From: Lama guanicoe
Taxonomy: Eukaryota
Length of the DNA stretch: 64,000 nucleotides
NCBI GenBank assembly: GCA_013239625.1
Contig: MU053629.1
Location: 34,676-98,675, forward strand
Direction: 5' to 3'
Positions 63,906 through 64,000 of the stretch are shown here, in pieces (positions within the stretch are counted from its first letter, which is position 1; the number at the start of each line of letters is the position of its first letter). A program made the position numbers and the translations under genes. Under the pieces are notes generated by a model, which did not search any database, was not told the origin of the DNA, and saw nothing but the letters and a program-made list of their open reading frames with translations.

Positions 63906-64000
63906 TAAGAAGACAGCATAAATATTTTGTAACAATCTACTTAAATTCAAAACTCATATTTTCTGTTTTCCATTCCTTAGATTATTCTCAAGTTTATATG

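Noticed and set aside
1..64000. Prokaryotic-type systems (CRISPR arrays, operons, defence islands)
   Set aside because: The sequence is intron-rich mammalian DNA and has no regularly spaced repeat-spacer array or operon-like ORF cluster.

Overview
Mammalian, AT-rich genomic DNA, most likely camelid (alpaca/camel): it carries Vic-1-like tRNA-Ala-derived SINEs, and I saw no Alu, B1, Bov-A/BovB or PRE-1 elements. The whole window lies inside VPS13C, a bridge-like lipid transfer protein gene (human PARK23), on the minus strand. I traced 42 internal coding exons (about 6.8 kb of coding sequence) with splice sites and phases. They run from just before the FFAT motif, through an 11-exon internal tandem duplication, into the VAB (WD40-like) repeats. 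The gene start and end lie outside the window. Main observation: the reading frame appears broken by several separate lesions. These are a +1 frameshift (~25765-25768), a -2 frameshift (~18384-18389), an exon absent from a gap-free 721-bp intron (6378-7098), an in-frame CGA>TGA stop (6335-6337), and a weak non-canonical GC donor (52925-52926). This suggests a recently inactivated or truncated VPS13C in this lineage, although assembly error or a duplicate copy must be excluded. Comparisons to human VPS13C rely on my recollection of the protein, not on a computed alignment. Introns contain ordinary L1, L2, MIR, MER, Tigger and MaLR repeats, and there is one 186-N gap. Repeat family names come from visual recognition and their boundaries are approximate.
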